From NCBI RefSeq assembly GCF_964204645.1, contig NC_134034.1, forward strand, positions 10,490,962-10,554,961: 64,000 nucleotides of DNA, in the 5' to 3' direction. The DNA is from Tubulanus polymorphus (taxonomy: Eukaryota; Animalia; Nemertea). Below the pieces are notes generated by a model. It did not search any database. It was not told the DNA's origin and saw only the letters and a program-made list of their open reading frames with translations. Of this stretch, positions 11,351-21,500 are shown piece by piece (the first letter of the stretch is position 1; the number at the start of each line of letters is the position of its first letter). A program made the translations under genes and the position numbers.

Positions 11351-14300
11351 TTTATTTCTTATATAGCGCATAACTAAGATAATAATCTATGCGCTTTACA
11401 AAGGGTTAATACATTTACATAAAATCAAGAACTCATAAAATCAAGTCTTAAGTTGTTAGGTTGACTATGGAACAAAGGTGGTTTTAGACTGGTCTTAAAT
11501 CTAAACCTTGACTGTGCAACTGACCTCTTGGTTTAAGTTAATACCATAAAACCGTGCCGAGGTATTGACGTAGTAGGATTTTATCATCGCCATTGCATTC
11601 ACGAGACCGAAATAAAAACGTTTAGATTTTTTGTTTTTTCAGGTAAGAATCAATGTTGGAATTGCGAGTCGGTCGGATTTTACCGACGAATGAAGGCCTC
11701 GGACGGCGACTTCTCCGAGGACGGTTCGATTTTAGCGGTCGCGTTCGAAAGCGTTCTGACGCTGTGGGATCCCGATACGGACGTGCTGAGAAAGACCTTC
11801 GACTGCTTAGAAAATATCAGGTAAGCGCGCGGGTCGAGTTCAAACACGGTCCCTACAGCTCCTTTGATTCCTCAAAAACTCCTGAAAAACGGTTTTGAAG
11901 GTGCTTGAAACTCCTTTAATTTGAACAAAATGCCCGAAGCTACAATTTTGAGAAATGGGCGATTAGAAATTTTTATCTCGTTTATAGATGTACAGTAGAT
12001 GAAATAAAGCTTAAATAGCTTAAATCGATACAGTTTGAGACCATGATTTTTAAAAATCTTTTTGTTGAAATAGTTGTGTGAAGTTCGGACGAAAGACATC
12101 TGCTCAGAGAATTGTCGTCGTGACAACCAATCATCTATATGTGTGGAATATTCCAACTTGTACCGGTAAGAAGAAAAAACCCGACGACCAATGAGAGTGA
12201 TTCCGACCTCTAAATTCAATAAATTTCGTCTAACATGGACAAACTAGGACTGGCAAGTGAAGGATTATAAGATATGTTAGGTCTAGGATGATAGTTTCGT
12301 TTTTGTCGAAGTTAGTTATAAATCTTAGTTGGCCAAGTCTGAGTTAGCCGAGGTTTGTTGTAGTATGAACCCTAATAGGAGGAGTGATATTCAAAGATAT
12401 TGCCTGTGTCTGGGGTACCCCTACAGTATTCTAGTTCATTGCCTGTGTCTGGGGTACCCCCAGGGTGTTCTAATAATATGTTCCCTTTTCACATTAACAG
12501 TTAGCTGGAAAGTGAGTTTGAATGTAAGGCGACTGGTCTCGGATCCTGAGAGCGAACATATGGCGGTATTTACCCAGTCACTCGATGGTAAGTTGATAGT
12601 AATCTCGATTTTTCATTGCCCGTACAGTGCCCACAGTGCGGTGTATAATCCACCTACCCTAAATTATTTGTACCGCTTCTTTAAAAGAGTCAAAGAGTCG
12701 AGTGAATTTTGTTGAATAAGCTAAAAGTCATGGAAATACGTTGATATCGCTAGATCACGCGTAAAATCGAACAGTTCCGTGTATATTTAATGTATTTGAC
12801 TGTGATTATTGATTGGATTCTAAGCAGATCAAGTCAGGAGAATCAACTTGCGTGTCAGGAAACAAGCGAGTTAAATAAAAGAGGCCTGAATGTCACGAGT
12901 GAATCTTACACGGTCTTTTCGTAATTGACTTTTTTTGCAGTGCACGTGTTTACGCCTTCGAACCCGAAGCCGGTTTACTCGCATTTGAAAGCGACGACCG
13001 AAGACGTCATCGGCGCGATATTCGTACCGCAGTCCGCCGAATCCAACGCCGCCGCGTTCGACAAAGACAGTCCGCTGTCGTGGCAACGGCATTCTCGATT
13101 GTACTTCATGACTAAATCACAGGTATGAACGCGGATGTTGTCCGTCTGCCCCCCCCCCCTGTTGCGAGATTTTCGAATGTTAAACCTAAGTGAAATTCGA
13201 AATTACCCGAAAACTTGAACGAGGCCATGATTTCGAGGGGTCTTACGTATCAAGGGAAATCCGGGTTTATTTTTCCCTGCAGTGAAATCAGGGAGTTCTG
13301 AATCTTTTCTTGACGATCAGAGAAAATTTGGGGATTTGAATTTTCGGTGTCTTGTTGCTCTTGCCGGTGAAGAGTGGCACGAGGAACCTCTTGATAACAA
13401 GCAGCCTTCACTGAGGATGTCTTATAATTCAATCAGGGAATTTTTGGTGTCTTGTTCTTGCTGGTGACGAGCGGCTCAATGAACCTCCTGATAAGAAACA
13501 GCCCTCACTGAGAATACCTTATAATTTAATCAGGGAATTTGAATTTTTTTATTTGAATTTTTAGTGTCTTGTTTTTGCTGTTGCCGAGTGACACAGGGAA
13601 CCTCTTCATAAGCCCCCACTGAGGATAACTCGTAATTTAATTAGGGAATTTTTTTTCAAAGGTACAGGGAAATATCCAGGAACTTTTGGATTCCCTGATC
13701 TGTGAGAACCGTGTGATTCTTTGAAATATCCATCGTTTAATAAATAACCCCACGTGTGCTAGATACGAAGGAGGAAAATTGTGAAATTTCAATTTCATTT
13801 TCAGCATCTTCTGACGTTGAATTCTGCGACGACGGAGAGTCGGACGGAGTCAGCGGACGCCGACTCTGACAACGCGACGACGGTCTCTAATTTCGTAAAC
13901 GCGAAAGCGACGAATGTTCCTACGACTCCGTTTAATCAGTTGCTGGCTCGGACGAAAAAAACGGGCGTCGTCGCGGCGAAACCCGAGCTACTCGTCGGGA
14001 AAATCGGCGGCAAAAGGAACGAAATTCTAGACGATGTACGTTGTTTTTTGATACCGCGTTTAATTCGAAAAAATGAGTTATCTAAATAATCATTCAAACA
14101 GGCGATCTTTTCTGTATCGATTTGATGATGTCATAGTGGGATTTATAGAGGCAGACATATTATCTCTCTAAGTGTCAATTTGATACAAAATTGTAATTTT
14201 GAATGTAATATTCTTTTCTATAGATGTTGATGACGCCGGCGCATGTGCTGCCCTCCGTGACCGTTTTATGTAACACGTTCCTTCACTCAACGATGCTCAA

Positions 14301-15135
14301 CAAGTCGTTCGAGTCGTCATCAAAAAATAGGTCAGTATTTTCTGGAAATAGGTCAGCAGTTAGGGGCTAGTTCATAGGGTTCATAGCATTAATAGTCTTT
14401 GATTTTCCATACCTTTTCGAGGGCCAAAATTTCTATAACTACTAAATAATGAGGAATTCACTAAGGCAGAATCGAAAGTCTTTGCAAATAAATGCTACAA
14501 TGCGACCACTAACCAGGAAATCAGGGAATTTCCTTTTCTTTAAAGAAGTCCGGGAATTTAGTATTTAAGCTCGAAATCAGGGGAAAGTTAGGAAAATTTG
14601 TTGAGATCGCTAGATCAAACTGTTTTCATCTATGTCTTACATATTTGACTGTGTTAATTAGTTGAGTCAGGGAAAATAACATTTATGTCGGGGAATGATC
14701 AGCTAGGGGGAAAAGCAAGTCAAATAAAAGTGGCCAGCCTTTCCTAGACCTGCAGTTAAACGGGAACACGTCTAAAATTGAGGGGGACACGAATTAGACT
14801 AATTTTGTAAATGTACTAAATGAAAGGCCACATGGCTTGAGCTTAAGTAAAGAATGATTTAGATTTCCGATTTTTCAATTATTTTAAGAACTGAAAAGGA
14901 TGATGAAGATGATGAAAATGGGAATTCAGATTCAGATATGGAAGTCGATGACGACGACGAGCCGAGCCGCGAATCTCGGCAGCGGCAGACGGAAACTAAA
15001 AATTCTCAGCAGACGGAAACCGATTGTTCACAGCAGACGGACTCCGCTGCAGACGTCGACAATAAACTGACGAGGAAATTACCGAGACCTAAAACATTTC
15101 AATGGCTGCGAAAAACTTTATCGACAAAAACTTGA
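3296..15135 (+). CDS. WDR75: WD repeat-containing protein 75 (UTP17/Nan1, SSU processome t-UTP subunit), 16 exons, ~885 aa
   Basis: join(3296-3420,4199-4328,5269-5440,6267-6450,7534-7730,8334-8504,9278-9474,9562-9755,10413-10576,11643-11820,12074-12165,12501-12587,12941-13122,13805-14035,14224-14330,14889-15135) = 2658 nt. All introns are GT-AG with consistent phases. Peptides match recalled WDR75: FSHDSKYLFC, CVACHPSDSCIATG, SGGQESVLVKW, FLPRLGA, IDPRTKALVSNGKLGHLQFY, GNWLATVE, FSEDGSILAVAFE, PTTPF, TPAHVLPS, and an acidic C-terminus. Confidence 0.95.
3881..3950 (+). mobile_element. tRNA-derived repeat / pseudo-tRNA (SINE-like head) in WDR75 intron 1
   Basis: A box TGGTCTAGTGG (3890-3900) and B box GGTTCGAGTC (3932-3941). 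The cloverleaf stems are degenerate. Confidence 0.55.
4403..4700. mobile_element. piggyBac-like MITE (~290 bp)
   Basis: TTAA|CCCTTTCAGTGC ... GCACTGAAAGGG|TTAA terminal inverted repeats with TTAA target duplication. Related copies at 35483-35785, 38576-38867 and 58821-59166; partial copies at ~10268-10377 and ~45555-45680. Confidence 0.85.
5485..6025. repeat. ~60-66-bp minisatellite (about 8 degenerate units) in WDR75 intron 3
   Basis: Unit GTGACCAGCTCTGACCAATCAGATGGTAGGATCAGAGATAGAGGCAATAAAGAATTTGCATACCAG. Explains the repetitive ORFs 5544-5969 and 5600-5923. Confidence 0.9.
6780..7385. repeat. 38-bp minisatellite, ~16 near-identical copies
   Basis: Unit AAACTGGTGGTCTCAGGGAAGTTGTGAGATTGGTCTCG. 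Confidence 0.95.
7776..8286. mobile_element. PIF/Harbinger-like (Tourist-type) MITE
   Basis: TTA|GGCCACACCAAAAGAAAA ... TTTTCTTTTGGTGTGGCC|TTA: 18-bp perfect inverted termini, extending imperfectly, with a 3-bp TTA duplication. Confidence 0.7.
8521..8845 (-). mobile_element. L2/CR1-group LINE 3' fragment
   Basis: Minus strand reads RAIKFAAPEI*NALPSHIRSS and, frameshifted, FKSNLKTYLF, typical of the ORF2 end. Terminates in a (TTA)n tail at 8521-8560. Confidence 0.65.
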
Positions 15136-15148
15136 TATTTATTTTTAA

Positions 15149-15154
15149 AATAAA
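15149..15154 (+). terminator. Candidate WDR75 polyadenylation signal
   Basis: AATAAA beginning 14 nt after the stop codon, with T/GT-rich sequence downstream (~15190-15220). A second AATAAA lies at 15342-15347. Confidence 0.5.
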
Positions 15155-15347
15155 ATTAGAGAAAAATGTACGGCATTTATATCGAATGAATTTTTGCGTT
15201 TTGCAAAATGTTTCTTCTTTTGAATTCGCGGCAAAAAATAATTTGGAGCTGTGGTTGCTACTATAGCACTGAGGTATCCGGTGCCCGCGTGGGATCCGGC
15301 GGCAGGCGATAGACCTTGGTAAGCGAGGATGACCGCTAATCAATAAA

Positions 15348-15371
15348 CCAGGAGGTGGCGCCCTCTAGTTG
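15348..15371. promoter_or_regulatory. Pair of overlapping, oppositely oriented CTCF-like motifs between WDR75 and the ASDURF-like gene
   Basis: CCAGGAGGTGGCGC (+) and CAACTAGAGGGCGC (-) share a GGCGCC palindrome. Each has one mismatch to CCASYAGRKGGCRS. Confidence 0.4.
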
Positions 15372-15472
15372 AAGGATTAATTACAGCCGGTGTTAAACAA
15401 CTTTTCTTTATTCGCGGCTAGGACGATTTTTACGGCGATTTGTTGATTAAACTCACGTTAAAACAGCGAACG

Positions 15473-16813
15473 ATGGACGACACGTCAAATCAGGTGAATT
15501 TCTCGTTTGATAGATGAGTTAACTTTATATCTAATTCATTATTTCATCCACAATATGTATACATCAATCAACAGAGAAGTAAAGATAAAACTGTAGTAGG
15601 CTTAGCTAGCAGTAGTTAGTTACCTAATCGTTGGTGGTAAGCTGTTTATAATCGGATGGGCTTATACCAATATGTGGTTTGTGAAATTATCCGATCGTGA
15701 AACTTAAGCACAGACCGGTTACTGACTAAGCTAGCAGAAGAAGTCGAAGAGACTCAGTCAGCAGATCAGTGTCAAATCATTGACATGAACAGATGAAAAA
15801 TGATAGCTTTTTGGGTCAAAGGTTTTTGATTCTCTGCACCTTCCTGATTGATAAGTTTTAAAATAGGGAGCACCTGCTGTTTATAGGTGTCCCTGATATG
15901 GTCCTTACCTAACCATAAATAACAATTCTTCCTGACTTATTAGTGCAATAGTGAAAGTGAGTGCCTGTGTGGTACTGTAGCTAAGAACTGTAGTAGTTAG
16001 ATCGAAAAATGCAATTTGTGGGGGAGGGGGGGCTATGAAAATGCTGTTATAGCTCGGGCTTGTGCGACTTTTTCTCGGGATTGACTATAATTTTGAAATA
16101 TTTTTGCTTTAATTTTTACAGGTTTATTTGCTAAAAACGTTGGAAATGGAATTGAAAAGTCTACGACCAAATGCAGTGAGTTTGGACCATTAAGGCCTGA
16201 ATACCAGCATCCACCCCACTACATCCACCCGCTAATTTTCTGCAAGGTTTTAGTTTTTGAAGAAATTTGCAAATCTACAAGAAGTGCTTCGATCAGGAGA
16301 TAGGCCTCTGGCCTAACAGTTCCTGAACTTGATATGATATGATATATAGGCTACAGTAATTCCCCTAATCATATCCATAAAACAACCCTAATCCTCTGGA
16401 CCCTCTCCCCCTCCTAACCTCTGATTACAACTCTTAATTACAATAATTTATCAGGCTTGATATCTTTATTTGAAAAATAACAACCGGACTGGTGGTTACA
16501 TTCACTTCGTTTTTTTTTTTCAACTTTCTATATGTTCCCTTCAAAGTTTTATTCTCTAAAATTGTGTTTCAGAAAGTCTACAAGCAACAGCAAAATAGTG
16601 ACGTATTTTTCTTAGAAAAAAAATCGCAACTTCTAGCGGAAACTCGAGGTAAAATCCTTACGAAATTTTACAGAATTCGTATTATGGTTTTTTTTTGTCG
16701 ACGCTATTTCTAATTGGTTTTATTAATATATCTTTTCCACAGAATCTTTGAAATCTCTGCAGAAGGGAAACAATTCAAATTCTGCTGCATTGAAAATGAG
16801 CGTTCTCGGTTGA
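15473..16813 (+). CDS. ASDURF: ASDURF-like prefoldin-type microprotein (ASNSD1 upstream reading frame homolog), 4 exons, 73 aa
   Basis: join(15473-15493,16122-16175,16573-16648,16743-16813) = 222 nt; GT-AG introns with phases 0,0,1. Protein MDDTSNQ-VYLLKTLEMELKSLRPNA-KVYKQQQNSDVFFLEKKSQLLAETR-ESLKSLQKGNNSNSAALKMSVLG*. KVYKQQQNSDVFFL matches recalled human ASDURF KVYRQQQNSNIFFL at 11/14. Exon 1 is the least certain part. Confidence 0.85.
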
Positions 16814-17188
16814 TACCTCACACACACACACCAGAGCTGGGAACAATTTGGACTCTTCCAATTTAGCGTCATGTTTGCGAGGAACAAAAATATGACTATT
16901 GTGAAGAAACTGATTTCATTTCCAATGAGGCGGAATTAATCGGAATTCGTGATGACTTAACGTTTTAATAATTCAATCATTTTAAAGATTAAACAGTTTA
17001 AATTCATGTGCTAAAAAAATGATTGAGAATTGTAATTACTGGTTACTATTGTAGTGTGAAATTGAATTCGAAATTGTTTTGTAGATTTTATTTTTGTTGA
17101 AATAATCAAGTTTTTCTTGTGATATTGATTCTTGTTTTTTGTTGTGGCAATATTTAATGCCATATGCTTGCATGGAGCCATTTTGAAA

Positions 17189-17194
17189 AATAAA
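17189..17194 (+). terminator. Candidate polyadenylation signal of the ASDURF-like gene
   Basis: AATAAA in an AT-rich stretch ~375 nt after the stop. An ATTAAA also lies near 16988. Confidence 0.35.
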
Positions 17195-18006
17195 TCATCT
17201 CAGATACAAGTCAAAAGTTCTATTCCGCATTTGAGTGCAGTAGTAAGTACATGTATATTTATTGTTGCTTTTTGGACATCAAAGTGCCCTGTGAAAGTTC
17301 TTCAAATTTGGCCTGGGTCAGCAACTGTGGTTAATCTCTGAAAAGTACTGTTAATAATGTGACCAATGAAAAACTTGGCGTCCATAATGGATTTGGCATT
17401 AAGTTTGATTTGAGGCAATTTGTTGTCTGAAAAATGAAGGTGTGATCAATTGTCAATTGAATGAGCAGAATATGAAAATCGGATGGTTTAATTCAGACTG
17501 CACAGTTTCATTTCACCGAGAACATTAGTGATGTACCACGGATCGTAGAGCGACGAGATCGCTGTGCCTGGAGACAACCACACTGCCACCAGGATGCGGT
17601 GAAAGTTTTACTACTGGTCGTAAATTCGATACCAATTAATTGAGGTACGTGGACGCAAAATATATCCCAAAAAAATCGATGCCAGCAAAAATATACTTTT
17701 TAGACAAGAAGGATATTGGATCCTTGGGGTAACAAGTTTTATTTATACTCCAAGGAGTTGGTCTTTACCCCCAAAAGCCTCAGCTACGATCCCGTGTGTA
17801 AAACTCTCATTCACCTGCACTGTATTGAGCCATATGGTTGGTGTAGCCGGCCCTATACACACACAGCGCAGGCAGTGCTTCCCTTCCTCCGACCGTGTAT
17901 TGAACTCGTCTCCGCTGAATGTGCGCGTTATATTATAATAGCGTAGAGCTCCCCGAGTTCGCGTAGAGCTAGCTTAGAGCTTACACTATCGTCATTTAGC
18001 GAAACC

Positions 18007-18054
18007 ATGGAGGTTTATTACCACTATACCGTTCTTCTTCACCACGATGTATAG
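18007..18054 (+). promoter_or_regulatory. Strong-Kozak uORF (15 aa) upstream of the Bcl-2-like CDS
   Basis: ACCATGG context; encodes MEVYYHYTVLLHHDV*. Overlaps ATG 18047 out of frame and ends 40 nt before ATG 18095. Confidence 0.5.
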
Positions 18055-18511
18055 CGTTAACGATATTCATACCAATAATAATAACTATATCGAAATGGCG
18101 AATTTGAGTTCGAAACAGATCGTCGCGGATTATGTGAATTACCGTTTAAAAAAGGAGGGCTTCGACTGGGCGAACTGCCCGCCCCTCCCCCCTGCTACCA
18201 GGGTCAATATTACCATGCGTCAGATAGGTGACGAATTCGAGCAAAGGTACCGGGAGGTTTTTCACCAGATGTGCGGCCAGTTGCACATCACTCCGGAGAC
18301 CGCTTATCCGACTTTCAACGCCATAGCGCACGAGTTGTTTAACGACGATACGCGCTGGGGTCGAATCGTGGCCCTTGTAACGTTCGGGGGCGCGGTCGCC
18401 ACCCAGTCGGTCGAGCGCGAGATGCCCGACCTGGTGGATAAAATCATTGACTGGATCGCTACGTATATCGACGTGCATTTACATTCGTGGATTATCGAAC
18501 ACGGAGGCTGG
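18047..18511 (+). CDS. Bcl-2 family anti-apoptotic protein (Bcl-2/Bcl-xL/Bcl-w-like), coding exon 1 (BH4, BH3, BH1, start of BH2)
   Basis: BH4 SKQIVADYVNYRLKKEGFDW, BH3 MRQIGDEFEQRY, QLHITPETAY, BH1 ELFNDDTRWGRIVALVTFGG, BH2 WIIEHGGW, then donor TGG|GTAAGT at 18511/18512. The start is ATG 18047 (197 aa) or ATG 18095 (GAAATGG, 181 aa). Confidence 0.95.
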
Positions 18512-21500
18512 GTAAGTCTTGTTTCGATTCAATTGATTTTTAACAGGGATTAGATTAAACAACGAATCTGGTTTCGGTTCGGGGGGGGCGCTTTCTTGAA
18601 AATAGAAATTAGAAGAAAGACTGTAGCCCACCTATGACATTAGTTTTGGTTTTTAGCGTATAAGTACATCGAATGAATGCCTTTTGTGGATAGGTTATTT
18701 TTAAATCGAAAGATTGACGCCGATGAATAGAACTCGGGAGGTCAGTTGCTTTTTTTCGGCTAGAAATCTGGACGTTTCTTCGTTCCTTTCACAAACCTCG
18801 ACTTTTTTATGAATGGAAATGAAAATGGCAGCCTTCCAAGACGAATACGCGTCGCCGATTGGTCGGCGTCGCGATCACGTGCGTAAACAAAAGCACGTGG
18901 CTATTCCATTCACGATGTTTTGGTCGGGCCGAAACGGGCCGATATCGCCGTCAAAATCCGACTCCATCCGCGTCCGAAGCGATATTCGCTCGTTTATATT
19001 TCGATACGGGTCGAATCGACAGTAAAGGGATTATTTGGGCTTCGTTTGGCGTTGTTTTATACGTTAATGTATTCGTTGACAATCCCGTTTTTCTCGCATC
19101 GAATTATGTTGATGAAGGCTGCTACTGCTGCTGCTTCATCTTGTCGGCGCGGTGTAACGGAGAACATGATTCATAAAAGCAGCTCGGCTTTCTCTCTCGT
19201 TCGATTGACAAGGGTGAATTTTATAGCCATCGCTGCTATACTGATTGAACCGATTTTAGAATATTACCAGCAGCAGCAGCACTCAGTGACTTGTGTGTGC
19301 TGTGCAGCAGTGCAGCTAGCATTCCGTGCTACATCGAGAATCTGTGCAAGCAATAATTGATCGTAGATGGAATTTACCAGTTGTAGTGTAGAGTGTAGTA
19401 CGCAGGCTACCTGCAGCATTCATGCTGCATTGGACTGCATTGATAAAATAATAGAAATTCATGTACCTAAGCACTAAGAAGCTAGAATTCGGAGTTTCTT
19501 GGGGCTATTTGCCTCAATCAACTCCCTTATTTCGGGCCCAAATAATCTTTGCAGTCGGCGTGCCCTGATCTCTGTCAAAATGTTTGGTCCCCTCAGTTTT
19601 CAAGGGCCCAAACTATTCTTCCGCAATCTTTCAAACATAAATTCCATTCTCTTGCCAAGTGTCTTAGAAAATAGACGCGGGCTATTCAATGATAGCTTTT
19701 ATGTCAAGTTAGTCTCGCAATAGCTAGGATTGCGACATCGCATTAAATATTTCGAATTTTTTTTTTTATTATCTTTTCTGAAAAATTCGACTAAAGTAAA
19801 CACGAAAAAATACGTTTGAATTTAATTGCGAAAAAAATCCGGGCCTCCGTTTAGGATTGGAATACGGTGATATGAAAAAGACATTCCGATAACAAAAAAC
19901 CACTCCTCAAAATATCCTGTTCATTTGTTCATTGGTATTTTTTTCTAGTAATAGTCATGTAAGGCTTAAGGAAATTTCTGTTGTGCTGGCCCACCGCCTA
20001 CCTACCCTGTTGCCTTCTTACTTTAAAAAGGAAAAATAATAGCTAACCCGAACAGACCGTGCAGTTAAAGAAATGAACTGATTACAAATTATATTGCGGT
20101 TAACGAAATGACCCTCGGGCAAGGCATCGGATCAGGGTGGCCACTGGAAATCAGGGAAAAGTCCGGGTATTTTCTTTTCTTAAATGAAAATCAGGGAACA
20201 GTCGGGTAATTTCATAAGAAAAAAAGCTAAAAACCAGGGCTGGGTTTCATAGATGTGGAAGAAAAATAGTCCCAGGAAACATTTTGAAATTTGTCAGTTA
20301 CAACCATGGTTTCTCATTGTTACTATGGTGGTTGTCACCCAAATTGACGTTTTACCCCTAGGGATAACTTTGTTACTCAGTCTATGAAACCGGGCCCGGG
20401 GATTGGTCTTTTGGCCATTTCTCCCTTTGCAATAACCTGGGTGGCCACTTACCTGAAAATCGGGGAGTAGTCGGGGAATTTTGTAAAGAAAGGTAAAAAT
20501 CAGGGAAGTTTGTAGAGATTGCTAGATCACGTGTAAAATCAAACAGTTTCCTTCTATGTCTTACGTAGTTGACTGTGTTAATTGATTGGATTCTAAGCAG
20601 ATCAAGTCAGGAAAAACAACGAGCACGTCAGGGAAAAAAGCAAGTCAAATGAAAGGCGCCCTGCTTTGTCATTATTTTTTTTTAGATAGTTTTTATTCGC
20701 TGAATGATTTCGTCATGTAAAGGAATTCGCTAGAGACCGGTCGCGGTCTTCGCGTCGAAACCGTGGGAAAATATCTCGATCGCTAATAGTACGATTACGT
20801 GTCGAAATATCTCGTTTAAAGTTTAATTAGACTCCCGAATAGTAAGGCATTCATTAGCAGACGACAACGACTCTCGCGAAGAAAATTCCGTTCAATCGAC
20901 CTTGACACTAAACTCATTATCTATTCATGAAAAGAGAAATACGATCTTGTTTTTGAAAAACCGCCCAGTGGGCCGAGTGCTGCGAAGGAATTCTTTTGAA
21001 CTTGCGACAGTCCAAAACCGGGTTACGCCATTCTCTATAGCGTTCCACCTGTTCCACCGTGGCTTGAGCAATCAAGGAGTGGAAACATGTAGGATTATAT
21101 ATTTGAAGGGATTGATCGTGAATAATTGGAATGCGGGCACTTTATTTGAAAAGGGTAGACTAAAAAATGCAAGGGTTGCGAGCGGTGGGGGTTCGGGCGG
21201 TCCTCCGCTGAAAATTAAGGACAAAAATTCGGGCCCATTTCGATTTATTATCGATATTTTCGAAAGTTTTTCAGCGCAAAAAAAAGCTTTTCGAGACATT
21301 TCGGAGGACAGATTCGAATTTTCAGGGGTCCGCCCGATCCAGGCCTCTAATCCGTGTCTTAGTCGAAATGGCCGCTCTGACTACGGCAACTTGACAAAAT
21401 TTTGCCCGTATTTTACCTTTTCATTTGGTCGGGTAGAAAAAATTTGTGGAAAAAATTTGCGCGGCGCTCTTTTACTCAGGCGCAGTGGTCTAACCTCCCG

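Noticed and set aside
16492-16713. ORF-track 73-aa ORF MVTFTSFFF...
   Set aside because: Only its central 76 nt (16573-16648) is a real exon of the ASDURF-like gene; the flanks are intron.
18300-18335. Bcl-xS-type alternative 5' splice site before BH1
   Set aside because: The position equivalent to the vertebrate FEQ|V donor reads AAC GCC ATA, with no GT.
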